A DNA stretch of 30,018 nucleotides from Lachnospiraceae bacterium (GTDB lineage: Bacteria; Bacillota; Clostridia; Lachnospirales; Lachnospiraceae), in assembly GCA_045595385.1 (NCBI GenBank), contig JAZOAJ010000245.1, positions 1 to 30,018 on the forward strand, in the 5' to 3' direction. The stretch's first letter is position 1. Each line of letters begins with the position of its first letter. This document shows positions 1 to 9,700 of this stretch, piece after piece. Below the pieces are notes generated by a model. It was not told where the DNA came from. It saw nothing but the letters and a program-made list of their open reading frames with translations, and ran no database searches. Made by a program: the position numbers and the translations under genes.

Positions 1-384
1 ACAAGATATTTCGGCGGTGTGCTGCTGGGTACAGGCGGACTTGTAAGGGCTTATACTGATTCTTCCATGGCAGCTGTCAACGCACTGCGCGGGAAAGAGG
101 GCGAAGGCAGGCTCCTTCCCGTCCTGAACGGACATGCCATAACATTCCGCTGCAGTTACAGTGACATCAGCCGGTTTGAGAGCCTCCAGGCCAAGCATGA
201 GATGCTCACCGTCTCAAAGGAATACCTTGATACCGCAGTCTATAACCTGATCATCGAGGATTCTAGACTGGAAGGATTTTTAAGCGATGCACGCAATGCT
301 ACCCGCGGCTCATTTGCCCTGGACGGGGATGAATCTGTGTCGTACTGTCCTGACGGGACCGGCGCACTGATATATAACTGGTGA
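1..384 (+). CDS. yigZ: YigZ/IMPACT family protein, C-terminal part (5' end outside window)
   Basis: Frame 1 is open from base 1 and reads TRYFGGVLLGTGGLVRAY, the YigZ signature. A DUF1949-like ferredoxin-fold C-terminal region follows. Confidence 0.85.
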   Translation, partial: TRYFGGVLLGTGGLVRAYTDSSMAAVNALRGKEGEGRLLPVLNGHAITFRCSYSDISRFESLQAKHEMLTVSKEYLDTAVYNLIIEDSRLEGFLSDARNATRGSFALDGDESVSYCPDGTGALIYNW

Positions 385-397
385 TCATTTATCCTAA

Positions 398-429
398 TAA
401 AAAACGAATGTGAACACGTTCACAGGCGT
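398..429 (-). terminator. Probable intrinsic terminator of the minus-strand operon
   Basis: Hairpin TGTGAA-cacg-TTCACA (409-424) with a possible ACG/CGT extension. An A-tract at 398-404 gives a U-tract on the minus strand, just past the stop at 448. Confidence 0.45.
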
Positions 430-447
430 CTTTATCGTTATTTCTCA

Positions 448-1815
448 TCAGCTTGTAATACCGTTGATTATCTGCTGTGCAACCTCTATATCCCAAAAAT
501 CGGGATATTTTTCAACAAGCTCCTGAAGATATGGAAGTGCATTCCTTGTATCGTCCAGATAGTCATATGACCTTCCAAGAAAATACAACAGATTGTCTGT
601 CACATAACCTTTGTCGTACAGATCCTGCAGCTGATTCTTTGCTTCCTCATATGACTCCGCACCATAGAGCTCGATCGCGGCATAGAGCTGGTCGGAATAT
701 TTCCTGTCAAGAGCTCCCTGTTTGAGCTGGTTATAGAACTCCTTCTGTTCAGGCTCAAGAACTTCCTCATTTACACCTTCAAGAGCTTCCAGCGCTCCAT
801 CAAAGTCTTCCTTGGAAAAAGCGATCTGGGCAGAAATAAGCTTTGAGAAACTGACATCTTCCTTATTTACGATCTCTTCGGTCTCGCCTTCCTCTGTCGT
901 CTCAGGGATCTCTTTCTGGAGCTGCTCTATCTTTGCGTTAAGATCTGATATCTGCGCCTGGTATTCGTTCCTGACAGTCTTGGTCTTGGCAGGAGTTACG
1001 ATAAAGAATATCAGCGCGGCACCGATTATCACTCCGATGATGATCTGGAGGACAGTCATGGTGGCGGGATTATACTCGCGGTAAGACGATTTGGGAATTA
1101 TGACATCATCTCCGCTTAAAGGTGAATGTTCCTCTGCTTCCGCCTTCTCCTGAAGACGTTTATTGCGCAGTTCAGTAGGTGAGAGTTCAGACTCGGCTTC
1201 CTTGATCTGCTCTTCCACAGCATTGGTATACGCTATGGTCGTGGTATTGCCCTGATCGATCATCCTTGCCTTGAACAGGACGTTCCTTGCCTCCGCGAAT
1301 TTCTTCTTTTTCATGAGGAGAAGTGCAAGGAGCTGATATCCCTTGACCATGTGGGTATTCTCATTGACGAGCTTCTTTAACTGTATCTCCGCAAGATCAT
1401 AGTTTTCCTGCTGAACATAGCTGAGCGCCTTGTTGTACTTGCGCACGGCATAATTGATCACATGCAGATACTGGCGGGAATTCTGGAGCTTATCCAGGAA
1501 ATGATCCGCCATGTTGTTCTCGCTCTGCTGGCTCTTACTTATGACCCACTGGGCAAGTCCCATCGCATATTCACCGATCTCGACATAGATCAGGCCGAGA
1601 AGATTTCGGGCGTTTATATTTGCCTTGTACATCTTCAGGCTGACCTTAAGACACTCGATCGCTCCGGTCATGTTGTGGTCCCTTGCCATTTCGAGTCCGC
1701 GGTTATACAGCTCGTTTGATTTTTTTACGATGCGTTTATATGTTGAAACGTCAGCTCCGCATTCAACGCAGTAGTCATTTTCATATAGAAAACTGCCGCA
1801 TTTATAACATTTCAT
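448..1815 (-). CDS. Membrane-anchored TPR protein with N-terminal zinc ribbon
   Basis: CYKC-x11-CVEC zinc ribbon, several TPR-like helical repeats, one hydrophobic helix (TVLQIIIGVIIGAALIFFIVTP), a coiled coil (YQAQISDLNAKIEQLQKE) and C-terminal TPRs (YFLGRSY..A..Y...LVEKYP). SD-like AGAGGG lies upstream. Confidence 0.8.
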   Translation of the reverse strand: MKCYKCGSFLYENDYCVECGADVSTYKRIVKKSNELYNRGLEMARDHNMTGAIECLKVSLKMYKANINARNLLGLIYVEIGEYAMGLAQWVISKSQQSENNMADHFLDKLQNSRQYLHVINYAVRKYNKALSYVQQENYDLAEIQLKKLVNENTHMVKGYQLLALLLMKKKKFAEARNVLFKARMIDQGNTTTIAYTNAVEEQIKEAESELSPTELRNKRLQEKAEAEEHSPLSGDDVIIPKSSYREYNPATMTVLQIIIGVIIGAALIFFIVTPAKTKTVRNEYQAQISDLNAKIEQLQKEIPETTEEGETEEIVNKEDVSFSKLISAQIAFSKEDFDGALEALEGVNEEVLEPEQKEFYNQLKQGALDRKYSDQLYAAIELYGAESYEEAKNQLQDLYDKGYVTDNLLYFLGRSYDYLDDTRNALPYLQELVEKYPDFWDIEVAQQIINGITS

Positions 1816-1826
1816 CGGCTGGCCCT

Positions 1827-1973
1827 CTATTTATCCTTCTTTTTTCCGTACAATACTTCCAGCATCAGATCGGTAAGATCCTCAACCGCATTCTCCGCCT
1901 TGGCGACCTTTTCCACATCGTCTATCTCAAGGCTCGGATGGAAATTTTTAATCTCTTCATCAAAATTGATCAT
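1827..1973 (-). CDS. 48-aa small acidic protein, absent from the ORF track
   Basis: Manual translation: MINFDEEIKNFHPSLEIDDVEKVAKAENAVEDLTDLMLEVLYGKKKDK*. The ATG is 2 nt after the valS stop, with SD GGAG upstream. It fills the valS-TPR gap and its stop leads into the SD of the TPR gene. Confidence 0.75.
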   Translation of the reverse strand: MINFDEEIKNFHPSLEIDDVEKVAKAENAVEDLTDLMLEVLYGKKKDK

Positions 1974-1975
1974 TA

Positions 1976-4642
1976 TTATTCTCCCGTACGCTCAAGCTTT
2001 TCCAGCTGAGAGAGCACCTGCTCCATCATCTTGGTGTACTTTTCTTTCTTTTCCTTTTCTTCAGCTATCTTTGCTTCAGGAGCCTTGCTTATGAATCTCT
2101 CATTTCCGAGCATTCCGTTTACCCTTGCGAGCTCGGCTTCAAGTTTCTTCTTTTCTCCCTGAAGTCTTTCGATCTCTTTGGAGATATCGACCAGTTCCTC
2201 AAGAGGAATGTATATTGTAACATCTGCCAATGAAACTGACAAGGCATCATCCTTAAGGCCGCTCCTGCTGTCCTGGATGGTGACATCTGTTGCCTTGGCC
2301 AGTGTCGCAAAGAACAGCTTGCCTTTTTCAAATATCGATCTTATGTGCTCTGACCCTGAGACCACATAAACTGCTGCCTTCTTAGCCAGAGGGACTCCCA
2401 GATTGGTACGTCCGTTCCTTATGCCTCTCACTGCTTCCTTGATGAGCTCGATCTCTTCCTCGGAATCAGCCTGGTCCCATTCGGGCTTGTATTCAGGCCA
2501 TGCGGAGATCATGATCGACTCTTCCGGATACTCTGCGCTCATCAGGGGCTGCATTGTGGTATAGATCTCTTCCGTTACGAAAGGCATGTACGGATGCAGG
2601 AGTTTGAGTGCGGTCACGAGTACAGTCTGGAGTGTCCAGAGGGCTGCATGCTTATCTGCTGCCTCCCGGGAATACAGACGCGGCTTGACCATCTCGATAT
2701 ACCAGTCACAGAACTCTTCCCAGATGAACTCATAGAGTTTGTCGGCTGCAAGACCGATCTCATATTTGTCCATGTTGGATGTGACTGCCTGCACGAGCTT
2801 GTTTGCCTTGGAAAGGATCCATTTGTCAGCATCTGTAAGCTCGGAAATGTCTACCGTGCCCACTCCCTCTTCAGGCATGTTCATCATGATGAACCTTGAA
2901 GCGTTCCAGATCTTGTTGGCGAAGTTCCTGCTCGCTTCCACTCTCTCATAATAGAAACGCATGTCATTTCCGGGAGTGTTGCCGGTCGCGAGTGTAAACC
3001 TGAGCGCGTCAGCGCCGTACTTGGCGATGACCTCGAGGGGATCGATGCCGTTTCCTAATGATTTGCTCATCTTCCTTCCGAGTTCATCCCTGACCAGACC
3101 GGTGAACAGTACAGCCTTGAACGGCTTCTCTCCCATCTGCTCATATCCTGAGAAGATCATCCTTATGACCCAGAAGAATATGATGTCATATCCGGTGATC
3201 AGAAGGTCTGTCGGATAGAAGTATCTGACATCCTCGTTGTCTTTCGGCCATCCGAGTGTGCTGAACGGCCAGAGCGCAGACGAGAACCAGGTATCAAGGC
3301 AGTCCTCATCCTGCGTAAAATGTGTGCATCCGCAGTCCGGGCATGCTTCGGGCATCTGCTTGGCCACGATCATCTTCCCGCACTTATCGCAGTAATATGC
3401 AGGGATCCTGTGTCCCCACCACAGCTGCCTTGAAATGCACCAGTCACGGATGTTGTCGGTCCAGTTATGATAGAGCTTTTCCATCCTCTTGGGGATCAGC
3501 TGGATCTCACCCTCGTCAACAGCCTTGATGGCAGGCTTGATCAGTTCGCTCATTGCCACGAACCACTGCTGCTTGATCATGGGTTCGATGATGGTAGAGC
3601 ATCTGTCATGATATCCAACAGCATGCTCATGGTCCACTACCTTAACAAGAAGGCCAAGCGCTTCAAGATCTTCCACGATCTTCTTTCTCGCATCCATGGT
3701 GGACATGCCGGCATATGCGCCGCCGAGCTCGTTTATGTAACCGTCATCGGTGAACACACAGATCTCTTCAAGGCCGTGCTTCTTGCCGAGTTCGAAGTCG
3801 TTGGGGTCATGGGCGGGCGTGACTTTCATCGCGCCGGTTCCCACCTCAAGATCGATATATTCATCAGCTATTATAGGCATCTCCCTGTTCATGAGCGGAA
3901 GTATGCATGTCTTGCCGATGAGATGCTGGTATCTGGGATCGTCCGGATGGACAACCACTGCTGTATCGCCAAGCATGGTCTCGGGCCTTGTTGTGGCGAT
4001 CTCGATCATCTCATCAGAATCCTTGATCGGATAATTGATATGCCAGAACTTGCCGGCGGTATCCTTGTGCTCTACTTCAGCGTCTGAAACTGAAGTCTGG
4101 CAGAACGGGCACCAGTTGATTATCTTGGTTCCCTTGTAAATGAGCCCTTTTTCATAGAGTTTTATGAACACTTCGAGCACTGCATCCGAGCAGCCCTCGT
4201 CCATTGTGAAACGCTCTCTGTCCCAGTCAGCTGAAGAGCCGAGTGTCTTAAGCTGGTTCACGATGCGTCCGCCGTATTCTTCCTTCCAGGCCCATGCTCT
4301 TTCAAGAAATTTCTCACGTCCCAGGTCTGCCTTGTCTATGCCCTCCTTCTTAAGGGCTTCGATTATCTTAACCTCAGTCGCTATTGATGCATGGTCACAT
4401 CCCGGCTGCCAGAGAGCCTCGTAGCCCTGCATCCTTTTCTGCCTGATGACAATGTCCTGAAGGGTATTGTTAAGAGCGTGTCCCATGTGAAGCTGTCCCG
4501 TGATATTCGGAGGCGGCATAACGATGGTAAACGGTTTCTTGTCAGGATTCGGTTCGGCATGGAAGTATTTCTTTTCCAGCCAGTTGTCGTAGATCTTCTG
4601 TTCAATCTCCTTCGGATCGTATGTCTTGGCTAATTCTTTCAT
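1976..4642 (-). CDS. valS: Valine--tRNA ligase
   Basis: PPPNITGQLHMGH (HIGH) and KMSKS motifs, ATTRPETMLGD editing region, RDWCISRQLWWGH, C-terminal coiled coil, SD AAGGAG. Confidence 0.98.
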   Translation of the reverse strand: MKELAKTYDPKEIEQKIYDNWLEKKYFHAEPNPDKKPFTIVMPPPNITGQLHMGHALNNTLQDIVIRQKRMQGYEALWQPGCDHASIATEVKIIEALKKEGIDKADLGREKFLERAWAWKEEYGGRIVNQLKTLGSSADWDRERFTMDEGCSDAVLEVFIKLYEKGLIYKGTKIINWCPFCQTSVSDAEVEHKDTAGKFWHINYPIKDSDEMIEIATTRPETMLGDTAVVVHPDDPRYQHLIGKTCILPLMNREMPIIADEYIDLEVGTGAMKVTPAHDPNDFELGKKHGLEEICVFTDDGYINELGGAYAGMSTMDARKKIVEDLEALGLLVKVVDHEHAVGYHDRCSTIIEPMIKQQWFVAMSELIKPAIKAVDEGEIQLIPKRMEKLYHNWTDNIRDWCISRQLWWGHRIPAYYCDKCGKMIVAKQMPEACPDCGCTHFTQDEDCLDTWFSSALWPFSTLGWPKDNEDVRYFYPTDLLITGYDIIFFWVIRMIFSGYEQMGEKPFKAVLFTGLVRDELGRKMSKSLGNGIDPLEVIAKYGADALRFTLATGNTPGNDMRFYYERVEASRNFANKIWNASRFIMMNMPEEGVGTVDISELTDADKWILSKANKLVQAVTSNMDKYEIGLAADKLYEFIWEEFCDWYIEMVKPRLYSREAADKHAALWTLQTVLVTALKLLHPYMPFVTEEIYTTMQPLMSAEYPEESIMISAWPEYKPEWDQADSEEEIELIKEAVRGIRNGRTNLGVPLAKKAAVYVVSGSEHIRSIFEKGKLFFATLAKATDVTIQDSRSGLKDDALSVSLADVTIYIPLEELVDISKEIERLQGEKKKLEAELARVNGMLGNERFISKAPEAKIAEEKEKKEKYTKMMEQVLSQLEKLERTGE

Positions 4643-4683
4643 TACAATATTGTCTCCTTATAAGTCCGGCTTTTTAAAGAAGC

Positions 4684-5487
4684 CTAACTTAACATAGTAT
4701 AATACTCATTCTTCCATTTGGCTATCTGTTTTTCAGGTCCGTCCTCTTCGTCCAGAGAGCTTTCAAATGCCAGGTATTCACTGCTGCTCTCTATCTGCGA
4801 ACGGGCCTTCTCGATATGCTCTTTTATAACGGCGAGAGCTTCGTCTGAAACCTTGTACTTAATGATGTTCCTGAGCAGCTCTTCCTCATCATTATTGATG
4901 ATGCTCATGTATACGCTTGCCTTGGCATACACCGGATCCTGGTACAGGTCATAGGCCATGCTGAAATACGTATTCGCGTTCCGGCACTTGAACATCTTCG
5001 CGTATACAACGCCTGCCGAAAAAGCTATGCGCGCGTAGAACATGTCGTTGGACGTATTTTCCGGATCTCTTGTGCTCAGTATGTCAAGATATATATGGAG
5101 CGCAGTGCCGTACCGCTTCTGCTTCATCATCGCACCCGCTTCGATCTGCATTCTCTCGTTTCTGGACAGGTTATTGATGTTCATCAGCAGATCTGCAACA
5201 GCGGCCAGATCGTCAGCTGAATAATAGCTGCTTGCCTTAAGGACATACATGATCATGTCCCTGCCGGAAGCATCATTCCGGTCAAGCATCCTAAGGCCCT
5301 GCGCCACCTGTTCCTCTCCCAGTTCTTTTTCAATGTAATCAAAGAGGCTGTCACAGAAGAACTCCCTGTATACCAGGTTCATGTGGTTATAGAGAAAATA
5401 GCTGATCTCCTCAAGGCTGTAAACATTTACGTCAACAGCCGCGATCCTGTAAGGTTTATCCGATTGTCTGGTGCACACCTGAAGCAT
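4684..5487 (-). CDS. Hypothetical helical/TPR-like protein
   Basis: 267-aa ORF whose ATG overlaps the upstream stop (TAATG). The central part is TPR-like (YGTALHIY...AFSAGVVYAKMFKCRNANTYFSMAY). Confidence 0.65.
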   Translation of the reverse strand: MLQVCTRQSDKPYRIAAVDVNVYSLEEISYFLYNHMNLVYREFFCDSLFDYIEKELGEEQVAQGLRMLDRNDASGRDMIMYVLKASSYYSADDLAAVADLLMNINNLSRNERMQIEAGAMMKQKRYGTALHIYLDILSTRDPENTSNDMFYARIAFSAGVVYAKMFKCRNANTYFSMAYDLYQDPVYAKASVYMSIINNDEEELLRNIIKYKVSDEALAVIKEHIEKARSQIESSSEYLAFESSLDEEDGPEKQIAKWKNEYYTMLS

Positions 5488-6761
5488 TAGATATATCCCT
5501 CCAGATCCAGCCGCCTGCTCACTTCTTTGCCGCTTCCTTCGAAGAAGCCTCCAAAGCCTTTATCCCTTATTATGAGGTCGCACTGGGAATCATTGACATA
5601 CCTGACCTCGACCTCCACTCTGGTGGCTTTGTCCTTTCTTGCAGGGAATGAAGATAGGTCCATTACAACCTCCGTCCTCTCCCTGCTTATGAGCGAGGTG
5701 ATGATGAATGTTACTTTAGGGTCATTTGTCACTATAAAATCAGTTACGCTGCCGGCATCATACCAGTCGCATGTTGCCCTTGACAGCTCTATCTCCCCGG
5801 GGACTCCGTTATCCAGAGCTTTAACGGCTATTGAAGCTTTGGTCCTGCCCTTGCATACGATCGGGTATTCCCTTCCGCCTTTAAATGCTCTTATGTAACC
5901 CGCAAGGCAGGCTCCCTTAACATACAGGTTATTGCCCTTGAATACCCTGAAGCTGCGGGAAATGTTCTGGAGCGTGTCCTCGAACCACAGTTCGGAGAAA
6001 CCTGTTCCTGTAAAGAAAACACTGCAGTTCTTTCCGTCGAACCTGATCTCTTCATAGATCTGGGAAAGCCTTTTGTCCAGCTGTCTTCTCAGCATCGCGC
6101 TTGCCAGATCCTTTATGAAGAATTCCATGGAATAAGTGCGCTCGTTAATGTATATGAGCGGTCTCTTAACTCCGCCGGTGAATGACATCTGCTTAGTGAA
6201 GAAACCGTCGGTATCAAAATCAAACAGGAGCGCGCCGTCCTTCCACAGGCTCTCGTCCTCGTTCAGCACAAAATAGGCAAAACTTTCGGCATAGCTTAAT
6301 ATCCTTACCTTTGAAGGGTCGACGCTTAAGATGTCGAAGACTCCTTCCATCCGCTCCTTGATCTCCATGTTCACCTTGCGCATGGTGATGGTTACATTTT
6401 CAACTGCCATGAGACCGGAGTGGATCTGTATCAGTTCAAGGAGCTTGCCCATGTATACCGCAAGCAGCATGTCGTATGTATAGCGTTTTCCGTCAACTAC
6501 GCATTCAGCTCCAACAAAGATGTTGTTATAAAGGTCTTTATAAAGGGTCACTCCTGTCTGCTCGGCATAGAGCATCGCCTCTTCGCCTATAAGCCATGTA
6601 TCGCTCTCTTTGTTGTAGCAAAGAGCTGCAGGTATCAGATAGCGCATGACTGAGCCCCCCGTCATCACTGATTCCGGGCGGCCATGGTGCAGGTTATAAT
6701 AACATGCCTGGCAGTATTCATTTGTAAGGTCAATGCCTATGATCAGCGGCTGTTTATCCAT
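5487..6761 (-). CDS. DUF5716-like protein with a divergent Hsp70/actin-like fold
   Basis: IIGIDL, IPAALCY..WLIGEEA, VTIT, LLFDFD, VFFTGTG and NLYVKGAC occur in the same order as the corresponding DnaK segments. The C-terminus resembles the DnaK substrate-binding beta domain. The DUF label is from recall. Confidence 0.7.
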   Translation of the reverse strand: MDKQPLIIGIDLTNEYCQACYYNLHHGRPESVMTGGSVMRYLIPAALCYNKESDTWLIGEEAMLYAEQTGVTLYKDLYNNIFVGAECVVDGKRYTYDMLLAVYMGKLLELIQIHSGLMAVENVTITMRKVNMEIKERMEGVFDILSVDPSKVRILSYAESFAYFVLNEDESLWKDGALLFDFDTDGFFTKQMSFTGGVKRPLIYINERTYSMEFFIKDLASAMLRRQLDKRLSQIYEEIRFDGKNCSVFFTGTGFSELWFEDTLQNISRSFRVFKGNNLYVKGACLAGYIRAFKGGREYPIVCKGRTKASIAVKALDNGVPGEIELSRATCDWYDAGSVTDFIVTNDPKVTFIITSLISRERTEVVMDLSSFPARKDKATRVEVEVRYVNDSQCDLIIRDKGFGGFFEGSGKEVSRRLDLEGYI

Positions 6762-6773
6762 TCCTGTGCCATC

Positions 6774-9700
6774 CTAAAAGAGCCTGTCCATGAGCATGGA
6801 TTCTTTCTGGTAATCCCTGATCTGTTCCTTCAGCTGTGCTTCATCAGTTCCGTGAAGCTTTCTTATCATGGCATCCAGCTGTGAAAATCTGGAGCCGTCG
6901 TCTATCGTATGCAGGTCGTTGTAAGTAATGATGCAGCTTTTTCCTTTATCAATGGAATATTCCACGCTCTCTGCAAAGAACAGTGTGAAATTCCTGGTAT
7001 ATATCCCGGGGACGATCTCCTTCATTGCTTCCTGTCCCCTGACAGAACCGCTCCTCTGCTTCAGTTCAAATGTTATGACTGGAGCCGGTCTGAACATGGT
7101 GCTCTTTGTCAGCTGTTCATTTCCGTTACCGTCCTGTGTACTGCCTATCTTTTCAGCGACATAAGTATTTGCCAATGAAGCAGGGATCTCAAAATACTTC
7201 CTGTATTCCTTGAACTCCTCAAGCATTATCCCCCTTCTGACAAGATCGTTGATCAGTTCTCCTGCGATCTTTATGCTCCTCTTATCAGGGGCACTCTTTA
7301 GACGCAGATACATGAGATACGCGACCGATACCGTGTCATTAAACTTCTCTCCTGAGGCGAAAGCGCTTTCAGCATATTTAAAGATATATTCTGTCTTTTT
7401 GTCTGTGCCGAAAAGATGCTCCGCTGCAGCTGCTGATATGAAATCCTTCTTAAGGTCTGCGTCGGAGCCGTTTGCGAAATAATCCGCAAATATCCCCTCA
7501 GTCTCCTTCGGGAATTCACTGAGGGCAGCAGATTTCCTGATCACCCTTTCAGCGACCGTAATGTCATCAACGCCGTTAGCCTTGGCGGCTATGTACATGA
7601 GGATCAGGACGTCAAGCCTGTCATCATAGCGCCTGCACATGTATTTGAATATAACGGGATCAAAAGCGCAGTTCAGGAATGCCCTACATGAAAGCGCTTC
7701 CAGTACCCCATCCTCTTCATAATCGGTTATCTGGGCAAGAAAATGGGCGAGCGATGCGGCATGCTCATCAGAGATGTCCTCAGACCCGTTCTTTTTTATC
7801 TCCTCGTAGGCTTCTTTGTACATCATCTTGTCGATCATGACTTCAGTAAGCCTTGCCCTTGTACTCTCTTCAAGGTTGTAATCCAGGAACTTGAGCAGAA
7901 GATCATCAACAGTCCTGTCATCACGTGTTTTGCTGTACTGGACTATCAGACGCCTTAAAATGTCCTGCTCATAGCTTCCCCTCAGCCTTCCCTTGCCGAG
8001 GTATGCCTGGAAATATCTCAGTATGTCTGCAGGGTCTTTATCATCATGCACGATCTCAAGATTGTCTCCCACGAGCATGTATCTGGTTAGTGAAGACATG
8101 TCAATGCATTTAGAGGCATATTCCTTCCGTGGCATGAACCGTTTGGAGTAATGGTCGATATTGCTGTACAGATTTCCTGTTATGTCCTTGAACAGAATGA
8201 CTGCATCGCCGGTAAATATCCTGACGAGGGCTTTCCCTTCCTTCAGCTCTGTTTCCTGGTATTCGCTGAACTCCCTGTGAAATACAAGTACGCTCGAGAT
8301 CAGGGGATTATCAGTAGATATCTCCCTCGTATGGAGGATCTCAAGCATACGGGCATACCTGTCTTTTGCGAGCTGGTCGCTGTCCATCAGTTCTCTGTAT
8401 ATAACAGCGAGTGATGTGCTCACATTTCCCTTGTCGAGTGCTTCATATGCGGACCTGATCATGTTGTTCAGGGCAATGTCATAGTACTTCTTGTATTCAT
8501 CTTTTCTTTTTACGATGCAGGCAAAATAGTAATCCCTGCTGCAGCCAAGCTCATACTCCCTGCCGGCAAAGAACTCAAGCACGGTTTCAGGTATCTCTAT
8601 GAATTTTTCCGTGCCTGCCGAATAGATGAAATAGTCATACAGGCCTTTAATGTCAAGGAACCCGTTTACTGCCTCTTTGTAATATGAGTGATATTCCGGA
8701 CCTTTCTTTTCGGCACAGATCAGTACTTTGCACAGGGATTTCAGGATTATGCTGCTCTTAAACTTGTCGTATGCATCTTTCAGGATCTTTATGCACGCAT
8801 CAAGATTGGAATACTGCAGCACGCGGTTGTCGGTATGCCAGATGACCTCGGCAAACTTTGCCGCCACGCTTATGCTGAGGAAGTCCTCCCTGGCTGCAAA
8901 ATACAGGGTATGTATCACAAATTTGGAAGGTTCGGTAATGAGCTCGGGATCGTCTTTAAAGGCTTCCATCGCCTCGTAATACATGACCGGGCTGTTGCAT
9001 CCCCTGATCAGGAACTCCCCTTCGATCATCTCGGCAATGTCTTTCGGCGAGCCTGACAGCTTTTCGTCCAAATAAAGCAGCACCCAGAGTATTTTCCATC
9101 CCGGGTGCATCTCATAGATGGTCCTGACCCGGCCTGCCATGTCCCTGGTCACTTCATCATCCATCTCATATAGACTTCCGATATAGTAGTAATAAGCAAG
9201 AAGGTCCCAGTTGCGCTCATTGAGCTTTCTCATCTGGGCGGATACAAATTCCATGAGGCTTTCCGCCTCTTCATACCGTTCGCACGATATGAGGACATTT
9301 GCTTTATAGAGCATGAGGAACATGTCGGCGACATTTCCCCCGTTAACTTCATTAAGTATGGTAAGCGTTTTATCCTGCCATTCCGTCTGGAAAAGGTTTC
9401 CGAGGCGGAGGTCTATGTAGGACCTCTCAAGCAGGGCTATCTTCCTTCGGCTGCTGGTCTGGGCAAATCCCACACGCAGGCTGTTGTCAACTATGACGTT
9501 CACGCTGGAGCTGCATACAGGATTCCTGAAGGTTATGCGCGCATAATTCTTTCCGTTGTGGAGTTTTTCAGCGATCACGTTGAAGGAGAACTCAAGCACC
9601 GAGTCTTTGAATTCTTCCGTGGTCACGACTTTTTTGTCAAAGCTGATCGCAGGATCTTCAGAATATGCCTCGATCTCGGCATATCCGGGAGCAGTGATCT

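Noticed and set aside
3467-4087. 206-aa plus-strand ORF, and many other 60-250 aa ORFs (e.g. 9992-10513, 11171-11674, 13144-13929, 14354-15106)
   Set aside because: They lie antisense to, or out of frame within, well-supported genes and have no SD or recognisable motifs. These are typical codon-bias shadow ORFs.
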